Virus record (IMG/VR): IMGVR_UViG_3300014204_000003
Coordinates: 64,001-106,946 of that record
Length of the DNA stretch: 42,946 nt
Source: a virus
Lineage: Duplodnaviria; Heunggongvirae; Uroviricota; Caudoviricetes
Direction: 5' to 3' (one strand)
Shown here in pieces: positions 7,097 to 18,600 of the stretch; position 1 is the stretch's first letter, and each line of letters opens with the position of its first letter. The position numbers were made by a program, and so were the translations under genes. The notes below the pieces were generated by a model, which saw only the letters and a list, made by a program, of their open reading frames with translations, had not been told where the DNA came from and made no database searches.

Positions 7097-7192
7097 CTAG
7101 AAGGGCAGCTTAATGCCCTTTTTTCGTAAATAATAAATTCCAACGCATGTTCCAATAACGCCAATCAGCAATCCTACGAAGAATCCGATCAT
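7097..7192 (-). CDS. 31-aa single-pass membrane peptide with glycine zipper (MIGFFVGLLIGVIGTCVGIYYLRKKGIKLPF)
   Basis: AGGAG RBS 6 nt upstream; fills the intergenic gap; hydrophobic helix followed by a basic tail; missed by the ORF track. Confidence 0.75.
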   Translation of the reverse strand: MIGFFVGLLIGVIGTCVGIYYLRKKGIKLPF

Positions 7193-7201
7193 ATACTACT
7201 C

Positions 7202-7687
7202 CTATGGGCATGGCCTTTTCCCCAGTAAAACATTAACCATAAGTTGGATATCCAGAGAATTAACAGATCCATCCCCATTGATATCTCCGGCAAGCAATGG
7301 GGGTTTTTGAATGACAGCATTTGCAACGCCTTGAAGATCGAGGGTGTTAATATTGCCATCGCCATTATAATCACACCGAGAAGTCGGCACGAATGCAATG
7401 ATTTTACTCACTTCGTTGGAATAATCGCTTTCATTGCCAGCGGCATCAAAGGCAGTAACGGCGAAGTAATAAGTGCCGAAGGTCAGGCCGGTTACTATGT
7501 AATTGGTTTGATTGCCAATAGAGATAGGGGGGCCGTAAACTCTGCTTTCAGTTCCAGTGTATATGCGGTATCCTGCTATATTCTGGCTTACGCTAGAATC
7601 CCAAGCGAGAGGGACATCTGCTGCTGCGAGGATTGGGATTATTAACAGCGAGACAAGCCAGCCGTAAAGAATCGTTTTAAAAAGCAT
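7202..7687 (-). CDS. Secreted FN3 + dockerin-like (paired EF-hand) protein
   Basis: Signal peptide; FN3 (LAWD..AGYRIY..GTYYFAVTAFDAAGNESDYSNEV); two Ca-binding repeats DYNGDGNINTLDL and GDINGDGSVNSLDI. Confidence 0.85.
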   Translation of the reverse strand: MLFKTILYGWLVSLLIIPILAAADVPLAWDSSVSQNIAGYRIYTGTESRVYGPPISIGNQTNYIVTGLTFGTYYFAVTAFDAAGNESDYSNEVSKIIAFVPTSRCDYNGDGNINTLDLQGVANAVIQKPPLLAGDINGDGSVNSLDIQLMVNVLLGKRPCP

Positions 7688-8067
7688 TTGAAGCCACCTG
7701 GTTTCTTCTTACAGCAGGCATTATACAAGCTTTCCATCAAATCAGCTTTTTCTTTTTGCAGTTTTTCTCTTTCTTCCGCCAAAGCGGTTCTCTCTTTTTG
7801 AAGATCGAGTGCTCCCTGCCAGTTTTCTCGTTCCTTCTGATCCTGCTCTTTCTCTCTCTGGACGTATTCTTCATAACCAATTACTACCGGCCGGGTAGTT
7901 TGTAATTCGCGCAACTGGTCAAGGATTTGTCTTTTTTCTGGGACCGTTAGTGGCGGAGGGGCATCCGATTTTATCGATGTTACTTGGTCTTGAGCATTCG
8001 AGATCGTTGGATACATCCCGAAGACGAGCATCAAGCATATAATCAGGTACAGCCTGATCTTGGGCAT
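7642..8067 (-). CDS. Exported coiled-coil protein, outer-spanin (Rz1) position
   Basis: Start reassigned to MPKIRL (8067); signal peptide, coiled coil, Cys-rich amphipathic C-terminus; overlaps the 3' end of the i-spanin-like gene out of frame. Confidence 0.5.
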   Translation of the reverse strand: MPKIRLYLIICLMLVFGMYPTISNAQDQVTSIKSDAPPPLTVPEKRQILDQLRELQTTRPVVIGYEEYVQREKEQDQKERENWQGALDLQKERTALAEEREKLQKEKADLMESLYNACCKKKPGGFKCFLKRFFTAGLSRC

Positions 8068-8419
8068 GGTTAGTTGCTCCAATAATTTTAATATTTGTCA
8101 GGGTTTTATTGAGAGAAGAGACAATCGATTCCCGGCTACGGACTAAAGAATCATTTGCCAACTGGAGTTCAACAGCCTTTTCCTCGAGGGATTTGGCTTG
8201 GTCCTCAAGTTTTTTATATTTCAGCTTCCATCTGGCTTCGGCATCCTTGCGAACCTCTTCCGTAACTTTTATACGGGATTCCGCTTCAATCTTATTGTCA
8301 TGAGGATTGAGCCAGAAAACCTTAAAGGCCCATAAGGCGGCGCCGGCCAATGCAGCATACATTAATCCTTTTTTCACTGGACCGGGAATCATTCCCAAAA
8401 CTGCGGCGACGGCAATCAT
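7919..8419 (-). CDS. Inner-membrane spanin (Rz)-like protein
   Basis: N-terminal TM segment then coiled coil; follows holin and endolysin. Confidence 0.6.
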   Translation of the reverse strand: MIAVAAVLGMIPGPVKKGLMYAALAGAALWAFKVFWLNPHDNKIEAESRIKVTEEVRKDAEARWKLKYKKLEDQAKSLEEKAVELQLANDSLVRSRESIVSSLNKTLTNIKIIGATNHAQDQAVPDYMLDARLRDVSNDLECSRPSNIDKIGCPSATNGPRKKTNP

Positions 8420-8427
8420 AAGTTGGT

Positions 8428-8793
8428 CTACCCCTTTTTGGTGAACATGGAGACGACTTTTTTAAGCAAGTCTGGCGCTACCATTTCCGCTGCCCATCCT
8501 AAGACAACTGCTATTGGAACTGCAACAGGTAATGACTGAAAGACTGGCCCAAGATATCCAGCGACATCAACCACTCGCTCGATATAGATATAACCCAAGG
8601 TCCAAACCACACCTATGGTTCCTACCCATGAGCTTGCGTTTTCCAGTGTTGGATCCAGAAACCATTCCTTCAAACAGGTTCTTAGGCTCTTACCGAGATT
8701 TATCCCTATGCTCGCATAGATATAAAGCTTGCTGGCCAAGGTAAGCACGGCAGCCAGTATGTACGCTATCCACACGAAAAGATGATGGGTCAT
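8428..8793 (-). CDS. Putative holin (about 3 TM segments)
   Basis: Start reassigned to MTHHLF (8793, GGGAG RBS); hydrophobic segments and basic C-terminus; next to endolysin. Confidence 0.65.
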   Translation of the reverse strand: MTHHLFVWIAYILAAVLTLASKLYIYASIGINLGKSLRTCLKEWFLDPTLENASSWVGTIGVVWTLGYIYIERVVDVAGYLGPVFQSLPVAVPIAVVLGWAAEMVAPDLLKKVVSMFTKKG

Positions 8794-8804
8794 TGAACTT
8801 CTCC

Positions 8805-9227
8805 CTATAATGAATTCATTAACCGGTCCCACGGGAACAGTTTCCCCGGGCACGATTTATAAGAAGCGTAATCATGATGCTTCTTGATGTTTTCCTTCGG
8901 AATCCCCCATGTTGCCATAATCGATCGCACCAAGCGAACCAGTTGCTTCATGGCGGCATCCGGCAATGTGTCTTCATCGAAATTCCCCACCATGCAAATT
9001 CCGATACTGACATGGTTCATACCCTGTTCCTTGCAATGGGCGCCTTCTTCCGTTTCCGGCCGGCCGACGAATATCTCGTAATAGTTACCGACAAGTTCGA
9101 TCCCATAATGGTATCCGATGTCTCTCCATCCTTCGGTCTCAACGTGGTATTTCCTGATAGCGCCCCAAGATACTGTTGCGCCATCTTTCGTGAGGGAATG
9201 ATGGATTATTATGCGTGTTGGCTTCAT
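8805..9227 (-). CDS. Endolysin, N-acetylmuramoyl-L-alanine amidase (Amidase_2/PGRP-like)
   Basis: IIIHHS, WRDIGYHY, GAH, SIGICMVGNFD, HHD..YKSCPG. Confidence 0.92.
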   Translation of the reverse strand: MKPTRIIIHHSLTKDGATVSWGAIRKYHVETEGWRDIGYHYGIELVGNYYEIFVGRPETEEGAHCKEQGMNHVSIGICMVGNFDEDTLPDAAMKQLVRLVRSIMATWGIPKENIKKHHDYASYKSCPGKLFPWDRLMNSL

Positions 9228-9631
9228 ATTGTTTTTCCGTTCCCAGTTTTAAATATTTCTCCCAAACTATTCAACTGGTCGCATAGCCTCTTCTCGGTTG
9301 CCTCTATACTCTTTGAGAAATCAGCTTTAAGATCAGCTATGCCCTTCTCCAGTACAGCGTGTCGAAATTCCTCGAGGGTGATATCCCGATGAACGCTGGC
9401 GTCCCGGAGATGGTTCATTACGTCTCTTTGACAACCTTCGTGACTCACTCTACACTCCCTGATCATTGTTGCGTTCTGAGAAATAGCTTTCTTTAACTCC
9501 TCTCGAAAATCGCTAACCTCAGAAGAATATTGTTCTGTTGTTTTAGTGAATTTCCAATATTTTAAAGCACCAATAATTGTTGTAAGCATCAGGAGAAGCC
9601 CAACTACTATTTCGATTATATCCTTCACCAT
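9224..9631 (-). CDS. Membrane-anchored coiled-coil protein (holin/antiholin-like)
   Basis: Single N-terminal TM segment followed by coiled coil; ATGA-coupled to endolysin. Confidence 0.5.
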   Translation of the reverse strand: MVKDIIEIVVGLLLMLTTIIGALKYWKFTKTTEQYSSEVSDFREELKKAISQNATMIRECRVSHEGCQRDVMNHLRDASVHRDITLEEFRHAVLEKGIADLKADFSKSIEATEKRLCDQLNSLGEIFKTGNGKTI

Positions 9632-9657
9632 CTTGTGATCTCCACACGGGTTTTTCC

Positions 9658-12600
9658 TTATTGGTTTGGTGGGGGCTCAAGTCCCGAGCCGGGGGGAGAC
9701 GGCAACGACTCCGACTTTTTACTTAGCATATTTTCATAATGATCAAGAGCTCCGGCGGCGATACCATCCATTACTTCTTTGATCTCTTTAATTCGAGCAT
9801 CTTTAAGATCGGTTGGTATATTGACATCACCCCTGAGGGACCACAGCCGTCGTTCTTGATTAGAGAGGTTCCGGCTTGTCCGCGCAAACCTTCCTTTCAG
9901 CTTGGCCAAAGGATACCGCTCTAGTAATTTTTTGCGGTCTTCTCCTTTATTGATCCTATCTGCGACTATTGTGGATTGCCTTTGGACATCCTGATTGGCG
10001 TTAGCAAATCTCCGTGTGTTATCCCCAATATTTCGTTTTTCCCTGGATCGATCCTTAGACGCTTCTCTGATAATACGGGCTTCTTTCCTTTCCCTTTCTA
10101 TTGTTCCATAACCTCCAATCTTAACTACCCTTCCGGCAAATTTCCCGAAAACCGGATCATATTGAGTCCATGTCTGATACCAATTCTGGTCAGAATTATC
10201 GAACGTCTGATATTGACCTAACCCCAATTGATTTACAGAGAAGAGAAACATCCTCCAGTTAGCTTCCAATGACAATCTGCCTTCTTCGGCAACATCTGGA
10301 GGAAGAACATTTCTTCCCCGGAATCCATCCTTTGGGTTCCTTCCCTTGAGATAGAACTCATAATAGGCAGAACCTAACTGTCCGATTGGGGACAGACTTG
10401 GAAGCAGCGCCGTCATGAAATCGACAACATTTTGCCATGTATTTGGATCATTGGCTTCCATGCCCCTGAGTATTGTGGACATAATCCCAGTAGAAAGCCG
10501 GGATCCTTCATCCAAAGGCATGGAGAAGAATATGGGTTTACCGTCCTCTGTCTCTGCAAATGGGACATTCAGGTAATTCGATTCCATGTAATCGGAAATC
10601 TGCCCATATTTATCCTTAAACCAATCGCTAAGTTCATCTCCTAAAAAGCTCTTAAGAGCGCCGGCCGCCAGTAAAGCTGCAAGCACTTTAAGGAAGGCAA
10701 TCTTGCCAGCACGGAGGATATACCCTCCTCGAGTATTCGGATTGGCGAAGGTCTGATATTCACTCACCCACCCTTGGAGGAACATGGTTGCAAACGGGAA
10801 GATTCGGTTCATGTATCTTCCAGCCTTGCCCTGCCGGTACCATGCCGGAGTGCTGGTAAACCGTCTCATGTTGAAAGCGAGCGTTTTCCCTTTTTCCCCG
10901 GCGCCTACGCGAACGATGTGTCCAGCCGTTTTGCCCATCAATTCGAATAATTGGCTTGGGTAAGAAAGCTTTTGGAGGATCCACATCGCTCCCCGATACA
11001 TCTTGGCTGCCGACCTGGGATCGATATCGCCATTATCAGTTATAACCCCGACTCTCTTAAGCAAATGATGATAAGGATCATTTTCTTGGGACACTACATT
11101 GGAAACTGACACCGACCATTCATAGGAAGAAACCATTTCCTTAATCATGTCATCGCCCTTGCCAGCCAGCCAAGAACGGACATGTGGATAGGCTTGGCCA
11201 TAAGCGCGAAGTAATTGAATAAAGTCTCCGAAAAAGACTGTATTCTTGAGAGGAAGCTTTTTGTAATTACTCCAGAAGTCTCTATTGGGATTTCCCCATC
11301 CTCCGAACCCTAGATTATAGAGAATAACTATCTTCCACCACACTTCATGGAAATGGTTAAGCCATTTAAAGCCATTGGCAATAGGAGTGGGACCTCTCTG
11401 GTTGATGGAATCAGCGATGTATGGGTCCATTTGGTATCCAACCGTTTTGCCGTTCTCGAGAATTTCCACAACTTTCTTGTCAGGTTCGGCTCTCCAAGTC
11501 GGAATTACATCGGTGGTTACGATAGGTTCAGCTTTGGATACAGCTCCGTGCTCATAGCTTCTGAAGAAATCGATGGTAGCCCGTTTGGCTTCTTGAATGG
11601 TAATGAGATCAATCAAGGCCAGTCTCATTTTGATATCTGAGATAATTGGATTCTCAACATCCCCAGCAAACCCGATCTGAGCCCGGACCATAGGGCTAAC
11701 ATATTTCGATATATGTTCTGCTGATACAAACTTCACGTAATTGTATTTATTTTCCTCGAAGCTTTCCTTGGCCCGTTCGGGATATATCCCCACTTCAAAT
11801 GCTTTCTCAACCAGTGGCCAATAGGCATCCGTGTAGGCATGGGCGGTATCTTCCAAAGCTTTGAATTTGACATCCCCCATTCTCTCGCGCAGCCGGTCCA
11901 GCGTTTCGGTCGCGTAGGCGCCACCGGCTATTTTGGGGTTCGCCACATTTGCTCTCTGAGTGGAAGAGCGGTGCAGAAACATATAAATCCCTAAAGCCAT
12001 ATAGGGACTGAAAGGCTCATTATTCTTAATAATGGAAGTCTTTCCGCTGGGGCTTTCCACAACCAGAGATTCAAATTTATCGTATCCAATGTCTTGTGCG
12101 GTAATCTTTGCCGGAAGAAGATATTTTTCGAAAACATCTTTCTGGAGCTTATCCATGAAGAGCCATCGATTGTTGTAGCTCTTGAAATTAAGTTCATCCC
12201 AGAGATATTTAGGATTCTTGGTTTCCGGGATAAGACAGCCGGCCTTTTGAGCTCTATTAACGCGCTGCTCGGTTTCCCATCTCATATCAAAAACATAGTC
12301 CTTAATACTCCCCCAAAATGCCCGATGAAGCTCATGGACTTCCTGTTCGATATTTCTGGAGATAGCTTCCGCCTTCTGGATCATTCCTCCCACCAGATTA
12401 ATTCTATTGTCCAGGTAATCTTCCGGAGTGTTACCGGACATCATCATCCTCAACTTGACATAGGCGTCCTTGAATTCCGGTTTCCGGTCAAGATAAGCAT
12501 GGAACTCCCGGGTAAACTTCGGAGCCAGCCGACGAGCGGTTCCCGGAGAATTGAGCATCACGGACACAAAATCAGCGTAGAGCTCTCGAGGGCTTCGGCG

Positions 12601-15600
12601 ATACTTAATATATCCCTCAGTTTCCTTCTTGGGGTCGTAAGGCTTCCAGTATTCACTGAGAGCGATAAGTTCATCTTTGAATTCCTTGGCAGCGGGGATT
12701 ACCTTATCCCAATGTTTTTTGCGCATACGGCGAAGAGTAAGCAACCGGCCAAGTAAATTGCCCCGGTTGAGTGTCTTGTCTGGAAGCCAATCAGCCAAAT
12801 GGCCAATTTCATGAGCCATAGTACGAGCTAATTGCTCTCGATTCTCAGCCTTAAACAGGTCCGGACGGATTTCGATCTTTCCTTCATCGATTCCCGTAAA
12901 CCGGCCAAGACTTGAGCTCAGTCTTTTATTGAGCATGATTGGCTTGCCGGTAAGTTCATGAACGATATTCATTAACTCCGGAATTTCAATTCTTCCCCAC
13001 ATGTCCTCTTCGGTGACATCCGAGGTTCCGTCACCATAGGAAATAATCCGGAATTGGTGGGACTGATCATCTATAGTCCATCCTTGAGTAACCGGCTTCA
13101 CTACCGCAGTTATTGGGTCCAAGATAATGCCGGCCTTACTTTCAACCTCATCGATAATTTCCTGAGGGATCCTGCCTTGAGAAAGCCGCGGGGATATCGT
13201 TTTCGTTTCAATAGTGGCGATATGGTTGGGGCCCTTTTCCTCTTCTCTCGCCGATGCGTACATCTTTTTCCCGACCTTGGCTTCGGCAATATCAGTGCCC
13301 CATCCAGACCTTGTAGTAATGGAAGGAACTTCATAATCACTTGCCGTTTCTGGCTGTTCTCCAGGAGTGGTTTCCATATCCTCTGGAGGAGTGGGTAGCC
13401 CTTCTTCTTTCTTTGGGCGGACCTTTGCTTTTCTTGGCTTGATATCCAATCCGCTGACAAATGCCCTGTCTCCTAACTGTTCTTCTCCTATACCGCGTTC
13501 CCGGGCCAGTTCTTCAATGGTTTTATCGAGACGTTTGGCGTCTTCATATAAAGTAACGAAGTCAGTTGCTTTCTTGAATTCGCTATTTAAGGTATCCAGC
13601 CGCTCCATTAACTTAGTGATTTCCTCTTGAAGCTCATCCCTTTCCGCATACGTTTTCTGGATATTATCTTTATGCCCCTGATATCTCCGGCGAAGGCTAT
13701 CGCTTGCTTCTCCTCTTGCAAAGGCTTGCTCTATGTCGTTGATACTTTTTTCGCGCCATTGGACATCATCAAGAACATTCTTTAAATGGCTGTGTTTTCT
13801 TTCGACAATGGCGGTTATTTCCTGTTTCGCCTTCACTACTGAGGTTATTGCATGTTTCGCCCGGAAGTAATCCAGAGTATCGGTATTAATTCCGGCCGAA
13901 TCCGAAAGCTCTTCGAAGTTTCGCCCATCCTGATCAAAGTCTAAAACCTCATCGGCTTCTCCTGTCCAGAGTTCCAATCCCCATTGATACTTTCTCGCTA
14001 TGAGGTCATACATTTTTGCATCACTGGTTCCTCCGACGAGGAAGCGATAGATTTTAACACTATCGTTTTTATTCCCCTGCCGGAGTCCACGGCCGTCCGC
14101 CTGTTCCATTGCTGCAAAGTTATATGGGACATCAATATGATAAATGGCATTGGTGGAGGTCTGAAGGTTCATCCCTTCGCCCATAGCCGCCCGACTGCCA
14201 ATAAGGAATCGTATCTTTCCTTCGGCATTTAACTGCTGAAGCTTGAACTTTGCTTTGGCGCCGGAATTAACCTGCCCATTTACGATTGCAATTTGATCCT
14301 CTGGGATCCCACTTTCGACAAGGCGATCTTTAATAACCTGGTGCAGGTTTACCAATTCAACAAAATGCTCGTTTTTCTGCTCTTGCTGGAGGTCATCGTC
14401 GTTATCTCCCGTTGCAGCTTTGCCGGAGTCAGGATCATCTTCTTCGGTGATTCCACCACGATATAGATCAAGAAAGACTAATTGAGTGTTTTCGCCCGTA
14501 TCATTGTCGATCATGAGCCTAACGACTTCGGCTATCTTGGTCCCGGGTTCACCAACTTTATCTTTAAATTCCTCAGCATCATAGATAGCCGCATCCGCAG
14601 CTAGTTTCCGCGCTCTGGTAAGAATTGACAGATGATTGATCCCATCCATTTGAGCGGCGATGGGATCACTCTTCAGATAATCCTCGAGCCATGCGATGTA
14701 GCCGGCCGCTTCCGTTATCGGGCCAGTCGGGGGAAGTTTGATGTCGATATATTCTGCATCCGGACGTTTGATTCCAAGCATCTCAATAGTGCGGAAATCA
14801 ATATAACGCCGGAAGATATTGCGCAACTCAGTCAGGTTTTTGTATCCTGCCCATACTGTTTTGGATGTTGGAACGCCTAAGGCGCCCTTAACTTCCCTGG
14901 TTTCCATTCTTCCAAACTGCTCAATAAAATCTCCCGCATTATTAATGCCGCGATTCGTCCATTCATCCGGAGCTACATACTGCATCATGACGTAGATTTC
15001 TGCTGGATGGTTTGGGGTAGGAGTAGCGGTCATCATCCAAACATTCTGACCTTTTCGGCCGCCCCGGCGCTCATGAATGTAACGGGTTTTATAAATCATA
15101 TCATCAGCGCGTTGTGCGGACTTGGCCTCCCGAACGTATTCCGCCATATCCGCATAATCACGTGAGGCATTTTTATAGTTGTGCCCTTCATCGATCATGA
15201 TGGCGTCAACTCCAAGATCCTCAAAATACATGGTCTTGGTTTTCTTCATCTGTTGCAGTTTAGTGAGTTTTTCCTCGAGACGAAGAAGAGCATTCTGAAT
15301 ATCCTGCTCATGTTTCTTTGCTCTCTTGTCTGATTGCTTTGCTGACGCTTCCTGCGCTGCCCGGAGGCGGTCCTCGAGTTTTTTGATATCCTCTTGGATA
15401 TATTCCTCTGACTTTCGAAGAGGAATCTCTTTCATTCCTTCAAATGTTGCGAGAACAAAATCCGCGTCACTGACAGCAAGCCGCTGGAGCATCTTGTATC
15501 TATTATTAGCATCCATCCCGGACATATCTACGATTTTTGCATCCGGAAGAGCTTGAGATATTTCATAGGCCCAGTTTTTGACAACCTTGGACGGGACAAT

Positions 15601-18600
15601 AATTAATGGCTTTTTAACCTTATTCCTGTTTTTTAAATGAGCCGCCAAGAGAATGGCTGTTAAGGTTTTACCTCCTCCGACTGCATAGGAGATAATTCCG
15701 CTGCCTTGGTGCGTCATTCTGCCAACGCCCTGCCATTGGTGAGGATTTATCGTTAAGAGCTTACCCTTGAATACCGCACTCAGCCCGGGGATATCCAACT
15801 GCTTAGGAGAATAGAACCTTTCCCTGAATGATCTATAGGCACGGTTATATTTTGGAGTGATGCTTTCAAATTTATTGAGATTTTCGTTTCCCCACTTCCT
15901 GAATTGCTCAGAAATGGCGGTATATATCTTCTCTCCTGTCTGGTCGTAAATCTTTTTCATAGTCGGCCGTCCGCGAGAATCAGTCCTCCCTGTAGGGACT
16001 TCTTTTTGGGGCCGATTATGATTCAGGTAATCCTGGATGAATTCTGTTGAAAAACTTTTAACCTTTTCAACGGAACGAGTCCTTTCAATTCCAAGGTCGT
16101 CTTTGTATTGCTCATCCTCCATGACTTTGGTTTCCTGCTGGCCGCCATAACTGGATTTAAGTTCCCAAAAATATCTGCCTTTAATAGGGTCCAGTTCCTT
16201 GGAAACTTTATCAATCCATGGAGCATATGAATGAAGGAAATCAATTACAATACGGTCCTCAATATAAGCTGAAAATGGGTCTGATCTTCGGACAACTTCT
16301 GCGGAATCGGCCTGCGGAGGAAGAACCTCACTCAGTTTTGCCAACTGATTCTTTAATGCAGCAATAATCCTATCTTTCTCTGGTCCTTCAGGATGGTCTC
16401 CGCGCACTTGGTCTAGCATCTGTACGGTCTGATCTATTTTGGGATGGATGTCACCAAACAGATATTCATCGTTGATTTGCATGATTGGCGCTGAGGACCC
16501 ATCCAAGGCTTCAATGCTGAAATCCGGGTTCCCTACGAGCCGGGATGCCATCTTATTAATAACATCCGGAGTCATTTGATCTGGACCGATCAGGCCTTCC
16601 CCGTTATATCTCGCGGCAACTTCAGCCCAATCCATATCTCCTGTGTATTCATAAATGAATTTTGCCGTATCCACCAAATCCGTAGCATCAAACTCCCGGG
16701 GTTCCGGAGGAGGAAGGTACAGATTATTCTCAGAAAATATTTTACTCAGGCTGCCATCTGATTCAGTTAAAGCGGCAAGCTTCCACACTCGAGGATCAGC
16801 GAAAGGATACGGGCTGGCCGCAGGTCCTCCATTCAGATATTTCCATAAGTTTGGATCCGATGCCGGCGAACCGGTCGGATTCTGTTTATCGGTTGCCCAT
16901 TTCTTCTGATAAGCTGCCAAGAGAGGCTTTATCTGCGCTCTTAGGCTATCAGCGGTATCGACATCGTTATTTCTGAGAGACTTAAATAGATCATCGGCAA
17001 GTTCTACTAATTTAAGACCTTCTCTAACTCGATGATATGGCGAATCTTCCTTTTTGGTTTTCTTTGTGGAAATCTTTGGAAGCTCGGTTGCCTCGAGAAT
17101 TACCCCAGTTCCAGACTGAGCAAATCCCCATTTGCCTAATTCATCCATCCAGACGATAGTTCCGGGCACCATCCCCTGAGGAGTTTCTCCAAGGACATCC
17201 CGAATCTGCAATTCTTCATCTTCTTCAATCTTTGCAGTTGTCTCTTTGGCTTCATACCGGACATCATCGAGGAGAGCATTCTCTAACATTTCGGCATATC
17301 TTTCCTTGTCCATGACTACGCCGACTCTAGTTTCCTGCCCGGCCCGTACTCCATGTCCGGGCTTTAATTCCCCCCAAGCTTTCTCAGGGTGCTTTACGTA
17401 CCATTGGGAGAGATGCCCTCCGATGGGATTCTCATCTCCATATAAGGAGTTTATAAAGTCATCCTGATAATCGTCTTCTTTCCAGTTTTCAATTTCCTCC
17501 GGAGTGCGCTTTCTCAGGAAGATAATATCCGTGCTTCCATCGTATTGAGTATTGGCATGGTATTCTCCGGCTGGAGTTCGATAGGCGCCCAAGAACTCAG
17601 CCTTCCGGTTAATGCGCTTCCGGACATCAACCTTGCCCTTGCTAACACCGTCCATAGTCCCGGTACTGGTAATGAACATGACAACACCATTGGGCCGCGT
17701 CATATCCAGGGACTTCACAAAGAAAAAGTCATGAAGGGCTTTTATGTCTTCGTATTCTTTAGCTTCTTCTGCGTACCTCGAGGCGCCGCGGGCAGCATTG
17801 AATGGGACATTGCTCGCCATTACATCAAGATCTCTGCGCGGCATGAATTGCTCGAAGGGCAATTCCCTGATATCGGCATCCGGATAAAGAAGCCGGGCCA
17901 CTCTTACCGCGGTGGGATCAATTTCAGTCCCAAATAGTTTTGCATCGGCCGGCGCAAATCCCGGGATATTACCAATTCCGAATGCAGGGTCCATGACTTT
18001 GAGATTATCCATGGGGAATCCCATAGACCGGAGCTTGTCCCATTTCCAAGCGCAAATCCTGTAAGAGGTATAGTGTTCATAAAGGACACCCCTCTCCTGT
18101 TCTGTACTTCCAAGTCCGCCAGAACCGGTGTATCTCCTGAGGAGTTCAGTTTCCTCCTCTGTGAGGGGGTCTCCGGGCTGTTTTTTCTCTACGAGCTCTG
18201 CAACCTTGGCATTAATTTCACGCCGCTGGGTTTTAGTGAGGACTACGGATTTTCGCCCTCGAGGGGAGAATCGGGCCCCTTTTCTGGATTCTGCTTCAAT
18301 ATCTGATTCTTTAGCAGCTCCTCCAATTCCTTGCTCGGGGGGTAGCCCAAGAGAAGATCGTGTGTCAGGTCGCTCAGTAGGTTCGATTCCCCCAGTTTTG
18401 CCACCACCTTCGGGAATGATTCCTTCACCTTGCTCACGATCTCCTTTGCTCGCTTCTCCGCCTGATAAATCCGCGCCAACTCTGTCGAATGCTGCATAGA
18501 CTCCTCCGGTTCCACCGACGTAATCTTCCTCGCCGGTTATAGCCGACCATATTTTCTTGAATAATGGTTCGAGGACATCTCCGAGACCTTCCGCAATGTC

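Noticed and set aside
12094-12756. 220-aa plus-strand ORF and the many other plus-strand ORFs
   Set aside because: Antisense shadows of long minus-strand genes; no recognisable motifs or RBS.
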